In this document: positions 13,178 through 25,225 of the stretch, one piece after another | Numbering within the stretch: position 1 is the stretch's first letter | Layout of the letters: every line of letters begins with the position of its first letter | NCBI RefSeq assembly: GCF_000372725.1 | Contig: NW_005201338.1 | Coordinates: forward strand, 104,041 to 168,040 | DNA: 64,000 nt | Origin: Emiliania huxleyi CCMP1516 | Taxonomy: Eukaryota | Reading direction: 5' to 3' | Program-made: the position numbers and the translations under genes | The notes under the pieces: model-generated | Databases searched by the model: none | What the model saw: the letters and a program-made list of their open reading frames with translations, nothing else | Told to the model about the DNA's origin: nothing

Positions 13178-14652
13178 TCACAGGAAGTAGTCTGGCATGC
13201 GCGTAGTGAAGTCGGGCACCTTGCGCAAGTGCTGCGGCCGCGGCTCGAAGACCTGAAAGTCGATGGCTCCCTCGACCGAGATGGTGAGGATGGCGGCGAC
13301 GTTGCCGCAGCGGTAGCAGTAGTTTGGCGCCGACCAGACGGTGACGAGCAGCTGGCCGAAGAAGTACTTGTACCCCTCCATCGCCAGCTGGTGCGAGCGG
13401 GCGATGAGCTCGAGGTGGTTTGCGTACAGGAACTGGTCGGCGATGTCGGGGCCAAAGACGTAGCCGGCGCCGCGCGCGGAGATGCCCCAGCCCTGGATGT
13501 CGTCGTCCGGGTCAGACCACATGAGGTCGCACATGGGCCCCTCGTGAGGGGGCTCCTGTGAGGGCGGGAGGCGGGTGGAGGGAGGAGTGGCGAGGGAGTG
13601 ACCCGGCAGTGTTCTCGAGGGAGTCTCGGAAGAGTCTCGGGAGTGTCTCGGAAGAGTCTCGGAAGAGTCTCGGAAGAGTCTCGGGAGGCGCCTGGACGCG
13701 GTGGAGGTCCTGGATCTGGTCGATGGTGTCGAGGGAGGGGGAGAGGCCCCCGTGCACGCACAGCACCGAGTTGTCCACCACTGCGGAAAGGCAGAGGCAG
13801 TCGAACACGTCGACGCACGCTCGCCAGACAGCCGTGTTTCCGTACTTCTTGAGGCACTCGTCGTAGAAGCCGTACACCTGCGGAGGAGGGAGGTTAGGGC
13901 TCGGCCGGGGCGAAGAGGGCGCGGCGCCTCGCGGGCGGTCCCGCCTGCGTGATCTGTCGGCTCTCGTGGTTGCCTCGGATCAGCGTGACGCGCTTTGGGT
14001 ACCGGACCTGCGGCGTGGGAGGCAGGGGGGAGGCAGGGGGGGGGCGCGTGTGGGAAGGGGGAGAGGGGCGGTGTGTGTGGATGGTGGGGGGTCTCTTGCC
14101 GCGAGAGCCTCGCGCGGGCAGCCAGCCAGGCGCACGCGCTGGTGCAAAGCAGTGCCGCGAGGGGACCTCACTCACCACCACCGCCCCTCCCTCTCCCCGT
14201 CGGCTCTTTCCCCTCGGCGGCAGGGGCCGCGCACACGCGCACCTTGAGCGCAAGCAGCAGCAGGAACGTCTCGACCGAGTAGTAGCCACGGTCGACAAAG
14301 TCGCCCATGAAGACATAGTTCACGGAGGGCACCTGACCGCCGACGTCGAACAGCTCGAGCAGGTCGTAAAACTGCCCGTGGATGTCGCCCACCTGCAAAA
14401 GCACGCGCGAGGGCGTCAGGCCGCCGGGGGCCCGCTGGCCGTGCCCCCCCCTCTCCCCGACGCCCGCCGCTACCGCCACGCGCGCACCACCACGGCGGGG
14501 ATCGGCACGTGGTGCACGTTGGACTCCTCCATCAAGATTTCCTTTGCCTTTTCGCACAGCGCCTTGACGGCGTCCTCCGAGATGATTTTGCACTGCTTCA
14601 GACTGCTGATGTGCTCATCCACATCTCTGGAGCTGACGTGCGCGTCCGCCAT
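13178..14652 (-). CDS. PPP4C: Ser/Thr protein phosphatase PP4 (PP2A-family) catalytic subunit
   Basis: Motifs [52 protein letters not shown] and C-terminal DYFL. Introns 14393-14487, 14008-14242, 13878-13944 (GC) and 13556-13691 (GC). Confidence 0.9.
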
Positions 14653-15702
14653 CGCGCCGAGATGCCTCGACGCGCACGGCCGGACACAAGAGAAGGTCGC
14701 GCGCCGCCGATACGCGCCGCTGAGAGTCGCGTGATAAGAAAACACAGCATAAAACGTCCCGGAAGATTCCGCAAAAATCTAAGAAACCAAGAAAGGGCGC
14801 ACACACACGAGTGTGAACAAGGAGCCCCGCTCAAATTTTCTTTTCGCCTGCGGCGCGCGCACACTTGTCATTTTGCCCAAGCCTGCGGTGTTCTGGGCGG
14901 TGTGGATGGAGAAGAAGCTCCTTATCAGCTGGTCGGCCGCCATGTGGGCCTCCGGGCCTGCTGCGGCGGCGCGGCCGGTTGAGGCCGGGCTCGGCCCGGC
15001 CCGCGACGGCTGGCCGCCGACGAGCGCGCTCGCGCTGCTCGTCAAGATGGCGGCGGTGGCGATTGCGGCGACAAAAGTTCAGGCGTACAGCGCTCAGGCG
15101 CCTGTCGTCTTTCGTCTTTTGTCGCATTTCGCACACGCGCACGCCGCGCGACCCGCGTCGCTCCGCGAGGGCATGTGCCTTCCGCGATTCGAACCCGCAG
15201 CCAAAAGCTGCTCGCTCGAACCGCGGCCGACTCTGCCACCGCGGCCGCAGCTGCTGAGCTCTCCAGAAAACTGGTGCCTCATATGCTGCCTCCCTGCGGA
15301 TGCTGCCGGCGAGCCTGGCGGTCCGCTGTACTACAAGGAAGTGCTGACTCGATTTCTACTCGAATTCTTCTACCCCCACGACTCGGAACGCGAATGTGAC
15401 AGGACCATCGGGTCCTTCAGCCTCCAAAGCGGGATCACCCGAGAGCAGCTGAGCCTGCCTCTGGCCTCGCCTCCCTCTCCTTCAGGCATTCGTGGCATCC
15501 TATGGGTCGTCCAGAGTATCGACCTCTGGCTTGTCAGCCGGTCACTTGATGACGACCATGAAGTACAGCGATCGCCACCTCGCTGACCTCTCCGCAAGGC
15601 CTCCCGACCGCGTCGAACTCACGGCGCGGGCTCTCTCGGCTACGGGACCGGCCCCAGCTTCGGCTGAGGGCTAACAAGCTGCCGAGCCCAAATCACTGTG
15701 AG

Positions 15703-15888
15703 AGTCGTGATTTCTTGTTGGTTAATAAAAATCTCTCTCTGGATGGAGATGTGTGCGTCTTCTTGTCATCCCAAGACTGCTGACTGGCGCATCGGTCCAG
15801 CGCTTCCTTATTGTCGTTTTTCCCAAAAATTCCTACGGCTGACCTGGGAGAGATTTTTATTAACCAACAAGTACAAGAAATCACGACT
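15703..15888. mobile_element. MITE-like element with inverted repeats of about 40 bp
   Basis: AGTCGTGATTTCTTGTTGGTTAATAAAAATCTCTC and its reverse complement (with a 6-bp insertion) at 15843-15888. No clear TSD. Confidence 0.7.
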
Positions 15889-16339
15889 GTCTTGACCTGG
15901 GTGGGGTGCCGGCCGAAGCTAAGAAACCACGGCGTGGGGTGGGTGGGGTGGGTGGAAAGGCTTAGAAACGGCGGCGTGCCGCGGGATCCTGTTTTCTTAA
16001 TGCCCGCAACAGACTGTAAGCTTGGGATGTCCGTTTAGGCGTTTTATTTATTTATTCGTGCCCATCTGGGCGACGGCTAGCACCACACTCCTCTCCTTAA
16101 AATCCCTGTGTGGTGGCGGCGTGCCGTCCTCCCACATCCCTCCCTTGATGCTTGATGTGTGTGTTTTCTTTCTTTCTTTTCGTGCCCATCGCTCTCGGGG
16201 ACTGCTCATTATTTATTTCTTGACGATCGGGTCAATCGCGAGATGTCAGATGATATCATTTAAATGAAATAAACAAATTCCACGGGCACCACATTCTTCC
16301 GTCCTCGCACACTCGGGCTAGCCCGAAACCTACAAATTC

Positions 16340-17533
16340 CTAGATGAGGACCGCACACGCCTCCGGCTCCCGCGCCACGTGGTCGGCCGCCTCGCTCTCC
16401 GCCGCGTCAAAGATGCGCTCCAGGTGCGCCACGTAGCTCCGCACGAACCCGACGCGCGGCTCGGTGTGGCCTTCTGGGTCGGTCCACACCTCCGGGAAGG
16501 CGATCCCGCCGCCGTGCAGCCCGCGCGCGATCCTGCCCGTCCGGCCGCAGTGCTCCGCGGCGGCGAGGTCGAGCGGCTGCCCCTCCCACGAGGCGGCCGG
16601 CAGCGCGGGCCCGCCGCCGTCGCGCAGCGCGCGGTCGAAGCCCGCCGTGAAGGCGACGGCGGCGGGGGCAGAGGCGACGAGCGCGGCGGCCAGCGCCTCG
16701 TCCCCCGGCACCCGGCAGTAGCGCACGAGGCCCTGGTCGAGCGCCTCCCTCGCCCACGCGGCAACCTCCCCCTTGAGGCCCGTCCCGTCGTACTTGATGT
16801 AGTCGGGCCGCTCCTCAGCGAACTTCACAGCCGCCCCCCGCCCGTACACGTCGACCCGCTCGCAGCCGGCGAGCCGAACCGCGTTCCGCGCGGCGAGCAG
16901 CCCGCTGTGCGACCCTCCCACGACCGCGAGCCGCGAGCCGCGCAGCCGGCGCGCGAGGCCGTCGGCCTCGAAGGCCGCGGGCGTGACGACGGTGTCGTGG
17001 TCGAGGACGGGGATGCCGGCGGCAGCGAGCCGCGCGGTGAGCGCCGGAGAGGGGAGGCGCGGCGCGGCGCCGGTGCACAGCAGCACGTTCCTCGATCGCA
17101 GCTCTCCCGACGGGCAAGTCTCTGCCCGCCAGCCGTCGCCGTCGCCAGCCAGGAGGTGGACGCTACCCTGGACTGCCCGCACCGCCTCGTGCGACTGAAG
17201 CGCCTCGGAGCCATCGCGAAGAGCATCGATCGAGAGCTGGAGCGACGCGGTCGAGCCGGGATCCGTGCGCGCGAGCGAGGGCCCAGCGCGACTCGCCTGG
17301 CGCGGCGCGAACTGGAGATGCGGTAGGCTCTGGAACGCGCGGCAGAGCCGGTCGTTCCGCGTGTTCGCCGGGACCGAGCCGTAGCGACTGAGCCGGCCAG
17401 TCGAGAAGCTCGGATCTATCCACGTCACCTTTGCGCCTCGCCGCAGCAGCGACGCGACGGCGAAAATGCCGCAAGGGCCTGCGCCGACGACCAGCCAGTC
17501 GGTCTGCATGAACTGAGGCGTGTGTGCTTTCAT
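16340..17533 (-). CDS. FAD-dependent (pyridine nucleotide-disulfide-like) oxidoreductase, intronless
   Basis: WLVVGAGPCG Rossmann motif, LLCTGA, second motif VVGGSHSG and IKYDGTGLKG. Confidence 0.8.
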   Translation of the reverse strand: MKAHTPQFMQTDWLVVGAGPCGIFAVASLLRRGAKVTWIDPSFSTGRLSRYGSVPANTRNDRLCRAFQSLPHLQFAPRQASRAGPSLARTDPGSTASLQLSIDALRDGSEALQSHEAVRAVQGSVHLLAGDGDGWRAETCPSGELRSRNVLLCTGAAPRLPSPALTARLAAAGIPVLDHDTVVTPAAFEADGLARRLRGSRLAVVGGSHSGLLAARNAVRLAGCERVDVYGRGAAVKFAEERPDYIKYDGTGLKGEVAAWAREALDQGLVRYCRVPGDEALAAALVASAPAAVAFTAGFDRALRDGGGPALPAASWEGQPLDLAAAEHCGRTGRIARGLHGGGIAFPEVWTDPEGHTEPRVGFVRSYVAHLERIFDAAESEAADHVAREPEACAVLI

Positions 17534-18299
17534 TGCAGCGCGATGTTTTACGTGAGTTAGGTTCTCGAGCTTGATCCAGGCAGAGGCGAGCGCTGCCCAG
17601 GGAGGAAGAAAAGAGCACGCGCACTCGCGTTGGCATCCCGTTGCAGGAAGGTTGCTTTCTTTCTTTCTGGTTGCCGCCCGGCGTCTCTTCCATTTCGCCC
17701 TGTGTGGATAGAGGTGCGTGGGGCGATTCAAGAGTGCCTTGCCCGGACGGCGGTGCAGTATCGCTATCGGGGCTGCAGGGCAGCTCACGAAGGATTCGCG
17801 TGCGGGGTGCTGCTTGCCATGGTGCTGCGGTGCTGTCGTGTCGGGGGAGAGCGGAGGGCCCGATGCAGTAGATGAATCCCGAGCTGAGACCGGCGGGCGG
17901 GCGCGACCCGGGTGCCGCGGATGACACACGAGAATGCGGGGCCGGGGGAGCGGAACTTGTTTCCGCAGGCGAAAGCGGAAAGGACAAGACGGATTTTTAA
18001 ACGACGGTGGGACTGACTCCTTCTCCCTTCTTCTCGTTTTTCTCCTTTTTTCTTCTTTTAGATGGAATAGAGAAGAATGAAAAGCCCCGGGTCATGCAAG
18101 CCATCTCCATGCAACACGGTTGAACAGACGCCCAACACGGTACTTCGGCCCCTCGCGGCATGCGAACCCTCTTTGCCCGAGTAGCCAGGTTGAGGCACAG
18201 AGACGCGGCACGGCAAGCTTTGCTGCTTGTCGCGCAATAGATGGCGCTCTCTTGCGTGTGCGGCCACGCCACTCCACGGCGGCGTCTATCAACATAGAG

Positions 18300-19676
18300 C
18301 TAGAGCTTGATCAGCGCCAGCGTGAAGGACACCTCGCCAATGCCGCAGGCCGTCTCGCAGTGGCTCGCCCAGTACTCGTCGCGAAGGAGCGGGAAGGTCA
18401 TCGGCGTGCCCGCGGCCGCCGGCGTCGCGGCCGGGGGCGGAGGCGACGGGGGCGGGGGCGGGGAGGGTGGCGGTTGCGTCGGTGGGGGGGGGAGCGGCGG
18501 GGGCGAGGGCGGCGGCGGCGGCGGCGGTGGCGGCGAGGGCGGCGGCGGAGGCCGGGGCAAGGGCGGTGGCGGCTTCGGGCTTGGCGGCGGAGGCGGAGGC
18601 GACGCAACCAGGGCGCCGGGGCTCGGTGGAGAGGGCGACGGGGGAGGCGGCCTCGGGTTGGGCGGGGGCGGCCGCGGAGCGGGTGGCGGAGGCGGCGATG
18701 GCGATGGGGCCGGCGGCGGAGAGGGCGGCGGCGGCGGCGATGGCAGCGGTAGGGGCGGCGGCGCGGGGTCGGGGCTTGGGGGCGGGGGCAGTGGCACGGG
18801 CGGCGGCGACGGCGGGGAGAGGCCGGCCGGCAGCTGTGCGGCGGGCCAGGCGGCCCGGTAAATCTTTCCGGTCCAGCCGAGCCAGTCGTCGAGGGACATC
18901 TTGTCTCGATCGTACAGGCTGAGCGAGATTGCGTCCTCGGGGTGGCCTTCCCCGAGGTACACGAGAGGCTCGCTCGCCCACGCCGCTCCCGCCGAGAGGC
19001 CGTTGGCGTCTGGCTCCGCCTCGACGGGAGCCGACTCGAAAAGGAGGCGCTGCTGACCGGTGGCGCCGTCGTGCATGAAGATGCGGATGTACGGGTCTGC
19101 CGCCCCCTCCGCCTCGATGGGTACGCCCGCGAGCCCGAGGATCACCGACCAAAAGGCGACCAGCGCCCTCTCGAAGGGGCCGTGCGGCACGTGGTGGAGG
19201 CCGCTGGCGCGGAGGTCGGTGAAGGCCAGCGCCGAGGTGGCGGGAGGGGGCGTGGGCGGCGGCGGCGCGAGCGGCGCCGGCGCCGGGAGGTCAATCCCGC
19301 CCATGTTGAAGAGCTGCAGGATCCCGTTTGAGCTCCCGATGGAGAGGAGCGAGTTGATGGACGTGATGGAGAGGATGGAGCAGATGGAGCCGATTGAGAG
19401 GGCCGAGTTCTCCGAGGCGACGCTGGCGAAGGACCCGGACGAGAAGACGCTCCCCAGGCTGGCCGTGCTGCCGACGGAACCAACAGAGGAGTGTGATCCA
19501 ACAGACGCGACCGAGAACTCGGAGCCGGCGGAGCCAGCCGCGGCTGTCGATCCGAGCGATCCGAGAGAGTACGCGGAGCCGAGGGCGGTCGCCGCCTGCT
19601 CCACCGAGGGCGCTCTCACTGAGCGCACCTCTTGAGCAGGGACGGGAGAGCCGATGGAGAGGAGGAGAGCGATCAT
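18300..19676 (-). CDS. Secreted protein with SxGS repeats, a C2-like domain and an extensin-like Pro-rich region; 3' end uncertain
   Basis: Signal-like MIALLLSIG, ADPYIRIF...LSLYDRDKMSLDDWLG (C2 acidic loop pattern) and SPPPP tracts. Confidence 0.65.
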   Translation of the reverse strand: MIALLLSIGSPVPAQEVRSVRAPSVEQAATALGSAYSLGSLGSTAAAGSAGSEFSVASVGSHSSVGSVGSTASLGSVFSSGSFASVASENSALSIGSICSILSITSINSLLSIGSSNGILQLFNMGGIDLPAPAPLAPPPPTPPPATSALAFTDLRASGLHHVPHGPFERALVAFWSVILGLAGVPIEAEGAADPYIRIFMHDGATGQQRLLFESAPVEAEPDANGLSAGAAWASEPLVYLGEGHPEDAISLSLYDRDKMSLDDWLGWTGKIYRAAWPAAQLPAGLSPPSPPPVPLPPPPSPDPAPPPLPLPSPPPPPSPPPAPSPSPPPPPAPRPPPPNPRPPPPSPSPPSPGALVASPPPPPPSPKPPPPLPRPPPPPSPPPPPPPPPSPPPLPPPPTQPPPSPPPPPSPPPPAATPAAAGTPMTFPLLRDEYWASHCETACGIGEVSFTLALIKL

Positions 19677-20003
19677 GCCAAAAAACCCAGCTGAAGCTCA
19701 CGCTAAGGAGTATACACAGTGGTTTTTCTTTTTATTTCGGAAAACGGCTTGTGCGCAACGGTCCGGGGAGAAGGAGAGAGAGAAAGCGGATACAAAGCCA
19801 CGAAAGGAGAGCATGGCCGAGGATTGAAAGGCACCTCCGCCGCTGGACAGGGTGGCCCGCCACAACGACCCCTGGAATTGCGACTCGCCGCTTTCCTCCC
19901 GCTGTGATTCTGTGTGAGCTCTGTGTCTTGTTTGCCAACAATACACCTAACACAAGAACACAACGCACTCTCTTATGTATGTATGTAGGAAGGCGAAGAA
20001 CAG

Positions 20004-20453
20004 TTGGGCTCAGCCCGGTTTGCCTCTCGCACCCTTGGAGCACCCCGTCTGTTTTCCTTTCCTTTTTTCTCTACAACACCCTCTCTTTCCCTCTCTATTT
20101 CCCCGGGAAAACTGCGTGGAAATCGTCAAATTTTTGGCTCTGAGCCGAGTCTGAGGCTGGTTTGGGCCCCAAATCAGCCAAATTTTAGGCCAAATCGGCA
20201 AAATGCCGGGAATTTCGCGGAGAACCCGTGTATACCTGGAAATTACCCTGCGACCGCCTGGGCATTTTGTCGATTTCCTCAATTTTGCCTCAGATTTTGC
20301 CCCAGACCAGCTCTCAGACTCAGGGAAACTCGCGAGTTTCCAGAATGGAGCACCAAACACCCTCTGTTTTCCCTGGAAATTTCCGGAAACGCAAAGTGCT
20401 GGGGACCCTCTGTTTCGTTTTTTTTGTTTTCCGGAAAACTGGGTTGAGCCCAA
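20004..20453. mobile_element. 450-bp MITE with 21-bp imperfect TIRs and 8-bp TSD AAGAACAG
   Basis: Left TIR TTGGGCTCAGCCCGGTTTGCC; right TIR reverse-complemented TTGGGCTCAACCCAGTTTTCC. TSD at 19996-20003 and 20454-20461. An empty-site paralogue is at 49612-49680. Confidence 0.92.
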
Positions 20454-20665
20454 AAGAACAGCCGGGCTCGGACTGGACACCAACGCGGTATGGGTGGACG
20501 CTGGACAGATGATGACGACACGCACGAGCGACACACAGACACAAACAAGCTCTCTTAGATCTAAAGAGAAAACAGAAAAGAATTCTCTTAATAGAAGCCT
20601 CTCTGAAAAGAATTCGCTCCGCCGAGTCGCGCCTCGATTGGGTCGGCCCCGGCAGTTGCCTCGCC

Positions 20666-23447
20666 ATGGACTCGCCCGCCTCGTCGGCACGCAAGCAGCG
20701 CGCCGCTCGCACCGACACGACCGAGCTCCCCCAGCCGATGGCCTGCTCTTCTGCCGACGAGCTGGTCTCGCACGTCGGCGAGATCTGCCGGTCGCTGCAG
20801 CAGCCCGTGCGCACCGAGGAGCTGTGGGAGGAGCGGGCGCTCGCGATGCGGCGCCTGCACGCGCTCCTGCTCGGCGGCGCGGCGCAGCACGAGCAGTTCG
20901 CTCGCCTCGCCAACTCCGACCTCGCCGCGCCGCTCGCGCTGCAGCTCACCGACCGGAGGTCCAAGTGCATCAAGATTGCGTGCCTCGCCGCGGGCGAGGT
21001 TGCGGCACGGCTCGGGGCTGGGTTCGCGGAGGGAGCGTCGATCCTGCTCCCCAGCCTCCTCAGACTGCTGCGCGGCGCGGCGCCGTCCGTCGTCGTCGCC
21101 TCGGCGGACGGGTGCGGCCAGCTCCGCCTCCGCCTTCCGCACCGCTCTCCCCGGCCGCCACACCCCTCGCCGCCGCGCGGACAGGTGCATCCGGGCGCTG
21201 GTGCGCCACACTCTCGCTCCCGAGCTGCTGCCGCCGCTCGTCGCCGGCGCAACCGCCCGCGGCGGCGCGGCCGCGCTGCGAGGCGCCTGCGTCCGCTTCC
21301 TCGGCGACGCGCTTGAGGCGCTTCCCTCCGACGCGCTCGCGCCGCACCTTCGAGCGATCGGCCAGGCGCCTCGCAGCCCCGCGTCGCCCCCTATCCGCCT
21401 GTCCCGCCCCGACGGCCCTCCCTCCGCCCGCCCGCAGGCGCTCGGCGAGGCGGTGGCGGACGCCTCCTCGGGCGTGAGGGCGGCTGCGGCAGCCTCCTTC
21501 GCAGCGTCCTTTGCGCCGAGGTTCGGCGACGAGGCGGCGGCCGTCCGCGCGACCTTCTCCGCCGCGTCGGAGCGGCTGGTTGCCTCGAAGGCGGAGGCGG
21601 CTGCAGACCCGCCCGCTTCCGTATCGACACCCCAGGCGACGCCCCCCGCCGCCGCGCCTCCGCGCCCCAGGCAGCCACACTCGGGCGGGCAGCCGCACTC
21701 GGACGAGGCGAGGCGGCGGGACCGGTCGGGAGGAGGGGGCCGATCGGGAGGGAGTCCGAGCGGCACCGGGCGCGGCTCGGAGGCCGGCTCGGGGGGCAGG
21801 CCCCGCTCGCTCGACGAGGCCAAGGCCGCCGGCCGGCGCAGGAGGAGGGACGAGGCGGAGAGGGCACAGGCGGCGGCGCGGGGCGAGGGGGTGGCGCTGG
21901 CAGCGGCAGCGGCAGCGGCCGTTGTGCGGACGGCCGCTGCGGCGGCGGCGGGTTCGGCGGGTTCGGCGCAGGAGGTGCAGGTCTTCGCCCCGGTGCGCCT
22001 GTCGTCTCCGGAGGCGGAGCGAGTGGCAGCAGCAGCGGAGTCGGGCGAGCCTCAGCCGGCGTCCACGCCTCCGCCGCCGCCGACGCCGTCCGCGATGGCG
22101 TGGAGCGTCGAGCCGCCTCCCCGCCCCTCCGCCCCTCGGGCGTGTCCGAAGGGGGACGGCGGCGAAGACGGCGCTGGCGAGGGGCGTCGTGCCCGCCCCG
22201 CCACCGCGCCGCGCCTCCGCGCCGCCGCCCGCAGCCCCATCGCAGAGGGCCCTTTCGGCGACGGCTGGCGCGGCCTCTCGCCCGAGAGGGCGCCGCCGCC
22301 GCGAGGGCGAGCGCACCGCGCCGGCTTCGCCTCCCCGCCCCCCGCCTCCCCTCTTGCGGCGCCCGCCACCGCCCCCACCGCTTCCGCCTCCGCCGCCCCC
22401 TCCTCCGCCTCCGCCTCTGCCCCGCCGGCCGGCCGCCAGCAAGGCCGCCAGCCTTGCCGCGCTCGGGAGTCGGCCCGCCCCGCAGAGGCGGGAGGGGCGG
22501 CGGCAGACGGCGGGCCGGCAGACGGCGGGCCGGCAGACGGCGGGCCGGCAGACGGCGGGCCGGCAGACGGCGGGCCGGCAGACGGCGGGCCGGCCTGGCT
22601 TGCGTCCCTGTCGGGGCTCGCGTCCTTGCCCGCCGCGCAGAGCGAGGTGGAGCAGTTGAGGCGCGAGGCGGCGCAGGTGCGCTCCGAGATAGACCTGGCG
22701 CGGCGGTCCCTGTCGGAGGTGCGGCGGGGCGCCGAGTCGGCGGGCGAGCAGCTCGAGGCGACGCAGGCCCGGCTGCAGGCGACGCAGTGCGAGCTCGCGG
22801 ACGGAGTCGCGCAGCTGGCTGCGGCGCGCGAGGAGGCGGCGGCGGCGACGCGTGCGGCCGAGGGCGCGCGCAGGCAGGCGGACGAGTACAGCAGGCAGGC
22901 GCGGGAGCGGCGGAGGGAGCTCGAGGCGCTGCGGCGCGACGTCAAGGAGGCGGACGCGCTTCGGGCGGCGCGAGAGGGCGACGCGCCGCGGCGCACGCCC
23001 CCCCCCGCGTCGCCGGCGGACAGAGGCCGAGCGGGCCGCACGCACAGAGCCTCCCCGTCGCCGTCTGCCTCTCCGTCGCACTCGGGCCCTCCGTCGGGGC
23101 GAGAGGCCGCTCCTCAGCGCCGGAGTGCGCCCGAGCAAGGGGCGCACCTCTCTGCCGCCGGCAGGCAGCCCCTCTCTGCGCTCGGGCTCGCAACAGCCCG
23201 CGCAGCCGCGGTGCCGCCGGCGGAGCTGCCGCGGAGGTCGCGCCAGCTCGGCTCGCCGGCGGCGGACCGGTCGCTTGTCGCGCACAGCGGCGGCGAGGCG
23301 CTCGGCGGGGCTGTCGTGAGCGACTTGCTGGCGCAGTGCAACGCGTTTGTGGACAACATCGTCTCGGACCACCGCCGGGTGAGGAGCAAGCTGCAGTCCT
23401 GCCGGACGAGGCTCGAGGCCTCGGGGCTGCAGCACGCCGCCAGCTGA
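20666..23447 (+). CDS. CLASP-N/TOG (HEAT) domain protein with a low-complexity linker and coiled coil
   Basis: WEERALAMRRL, LTDRRSKCIKIAC and DASSGVRAAA. Introns 21112-21184 and 21366-21437 (GC). ADGGP x6 repeat at ~22503-22592. Confidence 0.75.
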
Positions 23448-24095
23448 GGCGCGCGGCCTCTCCGCGCGACGGGGGGCCCGCTGTGTGTGAAGCTGAAGCG
23501 GCCGGGCGCGCGCGTCTCCAGCCCGGCCGAGACGCGAGAGGGAGCTCGGCTAGGCGTCGGCTTTAGGGGCTAGCGCTAGTATACGGGAGAGAGGTAGATT
23601 GCGGATGCGTCATGCGAGTTTGGGGTTACTCTACCTCGTACCTCTCAACCTGTGAGGCAGCGGAGATCGATAGAGCGTAGCGCGTCTCGATTGTCGATAT
23701 CCGGCGGTATACAATGTTCTGCGTTTGTAGACACTAGTACAGAGAGGACACATGTCACAGATATACAGCGCCTCACACACTGGCCGTGCGGGGCGGACCC
23801 GGACCGGACGCGCGACGAACACGGAGAGATGGAAGGACAAGGAGGAAGCCGCTCGCGAAAAGGACGAAACACCGCGAGCGAACATGGGGTCGTGCTCGTG
23901 GACGCTGGACGAGATCCGAGGTGTGCAAGCAGCGCAAGGATCTAGGATGTGAGCGTGCGCGGCGGGACGAGGACATGCGCCGAGGTGACGGAGTGTTCTA
24001 ACGGTACCGCGCTGGGCGGTCGAGCTGGCGGCGGCGAGCCCGCTCCGGAGAGGCGGGTAGCTCGGGAGAGGCAGCTCTAGTTGCGCCGGTGGGGC

Positions 24096-25055
24096 TCAGG
24101 CGTCTTCCTCGCGCGCCCACTGCTTGAGCGTGTACTCGGAGCAGGCCTCCGGGGAGCGGACGACGGCGTTGAGCCGCGTGCCGAGCGCAGTCGAGGAGCG
24201 CGCGCTCGGCGGCGACTGCGCGTCGAAGGTGAGGACGACGATGGTGCGAGAGCCGCTCGACTTGTGGTAGAGCGCGTCGACGCGCAGGGCCTGCGGAAAC
24301 TCGTGCAGCAGGCGGCGGGGCGAGACGCGGGCGTCCAGGCCGCGGACCGACATCTTGAGGAGCCGGCGCGGGGCCGCTTTGGGCACGGTCTGCAGCGTGC
24401 TTGGCTCGCGCGGCGGCGCAGGCTCAGGTGCGTGGAGAGGCGGCGATGCGGTTGGGAAGGCCATGCAGACGAGGCTGGTGCCGGCTGCGGCGATGGCGAA
24501 GCCGCCCGCGAAGTGTGCGCCGAGAGCCAGCAGAGTTTGGGTGGTTGCCGCGGACACTTGGAAGGCAGGGAGGGAGGGGAGGGGAGGCAGCGGAGGCAGT
24601 GCGCCAGAGGGGAACGCCCCAGCGGCTACCAGCTTGGCCGCGACAAGGTACGCGCTCAGCTTCGCGCGGACAGCGACCAGCATTGTCTGCGTCGCCGCAA
24701 GCACTTGCGCCGATGGCTGGAGCTGCGGAGGAGGCAGAGCTATCGAGAGAGCCGTCGCGTGGACGTTAAGGAACGGAGTCGAGAGGATTGAGAGCACGAA
24801 GGCGACGCGGGCGGTCCACCGCGCGACGAAGCCGAGGGCCGCCAGCGGAGCCGCCAGCTGAGCAGCCGCCGGCGGGGCAGAGCTCGGAGCAGAGCTCACC
24901 ATGAGTGGCGGGAAAACGCGACTCATCGGATTGATCTGGCTCGGACGCCCCATTGGAGGAAATGTGGGGGATAAGCGTGCCGTGCCGCAGGGGCGGGGAG
25001 GGGTCACGATTGCTTCAGCCGCCAGCAACACGCTCAGGAGCGCGAGAATGGACAT
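24096..25055 (-). CDS. Hypothetical protein with a signal peptide and hydrophobic segments
   Basis: 319-aa ATG-started ORF (MSILALLSVLLAAEA) with AT-rich sequence upstream, divergent from the cyclophilin gene. Confidence 0.5.
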   Translation of the reverse strand: MSILALLSVLLAAEAIVTPPRPCGTARLSPTFPPMGRPSQINPMSRVFPPLMVSSAPSSAPPAAAQLAAPLAALGFVARWTARVAFVLSILSTPFLNVHATALSIALPPPQLQPSAQVLAATQTMLVAVRAKLSAYLVAAKLVAAGAFPSGALPPLPPLPSLPAFQVSAATTQTLLALGAHFAGGFAIAAAGTSLVCMAFPTASPPLHAPEPAPPREPSTLQTVPKAAPRRLLKMSVRGLDARVSPRRLLHEFPQALRVDALYHKSSGSRTIVVLTFDAQSPPSARSSTALGTRLNAVVRSPEACSEYTLKQWAREEDA

Positions 25056-25225
25056 TCGTGCGCGGCAGTCCGGTCGTCAAGCAGATCATCACGCGAGATT
25101 TGAAGAAAAATTGCTGCGAAAAAGATAAAAGACAGCTATGTTCGTAAGAGCTACATACACTAAAAAAAGATTGAACGAGAAACTCTGGGCGGCGCCATCG
25201 CGGCGGCGGCACGCACGCGTGTTAT

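Noticed and set aside
14813..15586. 257-aa ORF divergent from PP4
   Set aside because: Non-ATG start in the track, no recognisable domain and no clear splice support.
20588..23566. Long overlapping and antisense ORFs (e.g. 21060-23435 -, 10699-12210 -, 53375-55084 -, 59280-60962 +)
   Set aside because: Shadow ORFs caused by very high GC. They are Arg/Ala/Pro-rich and overlap recognisable genes.
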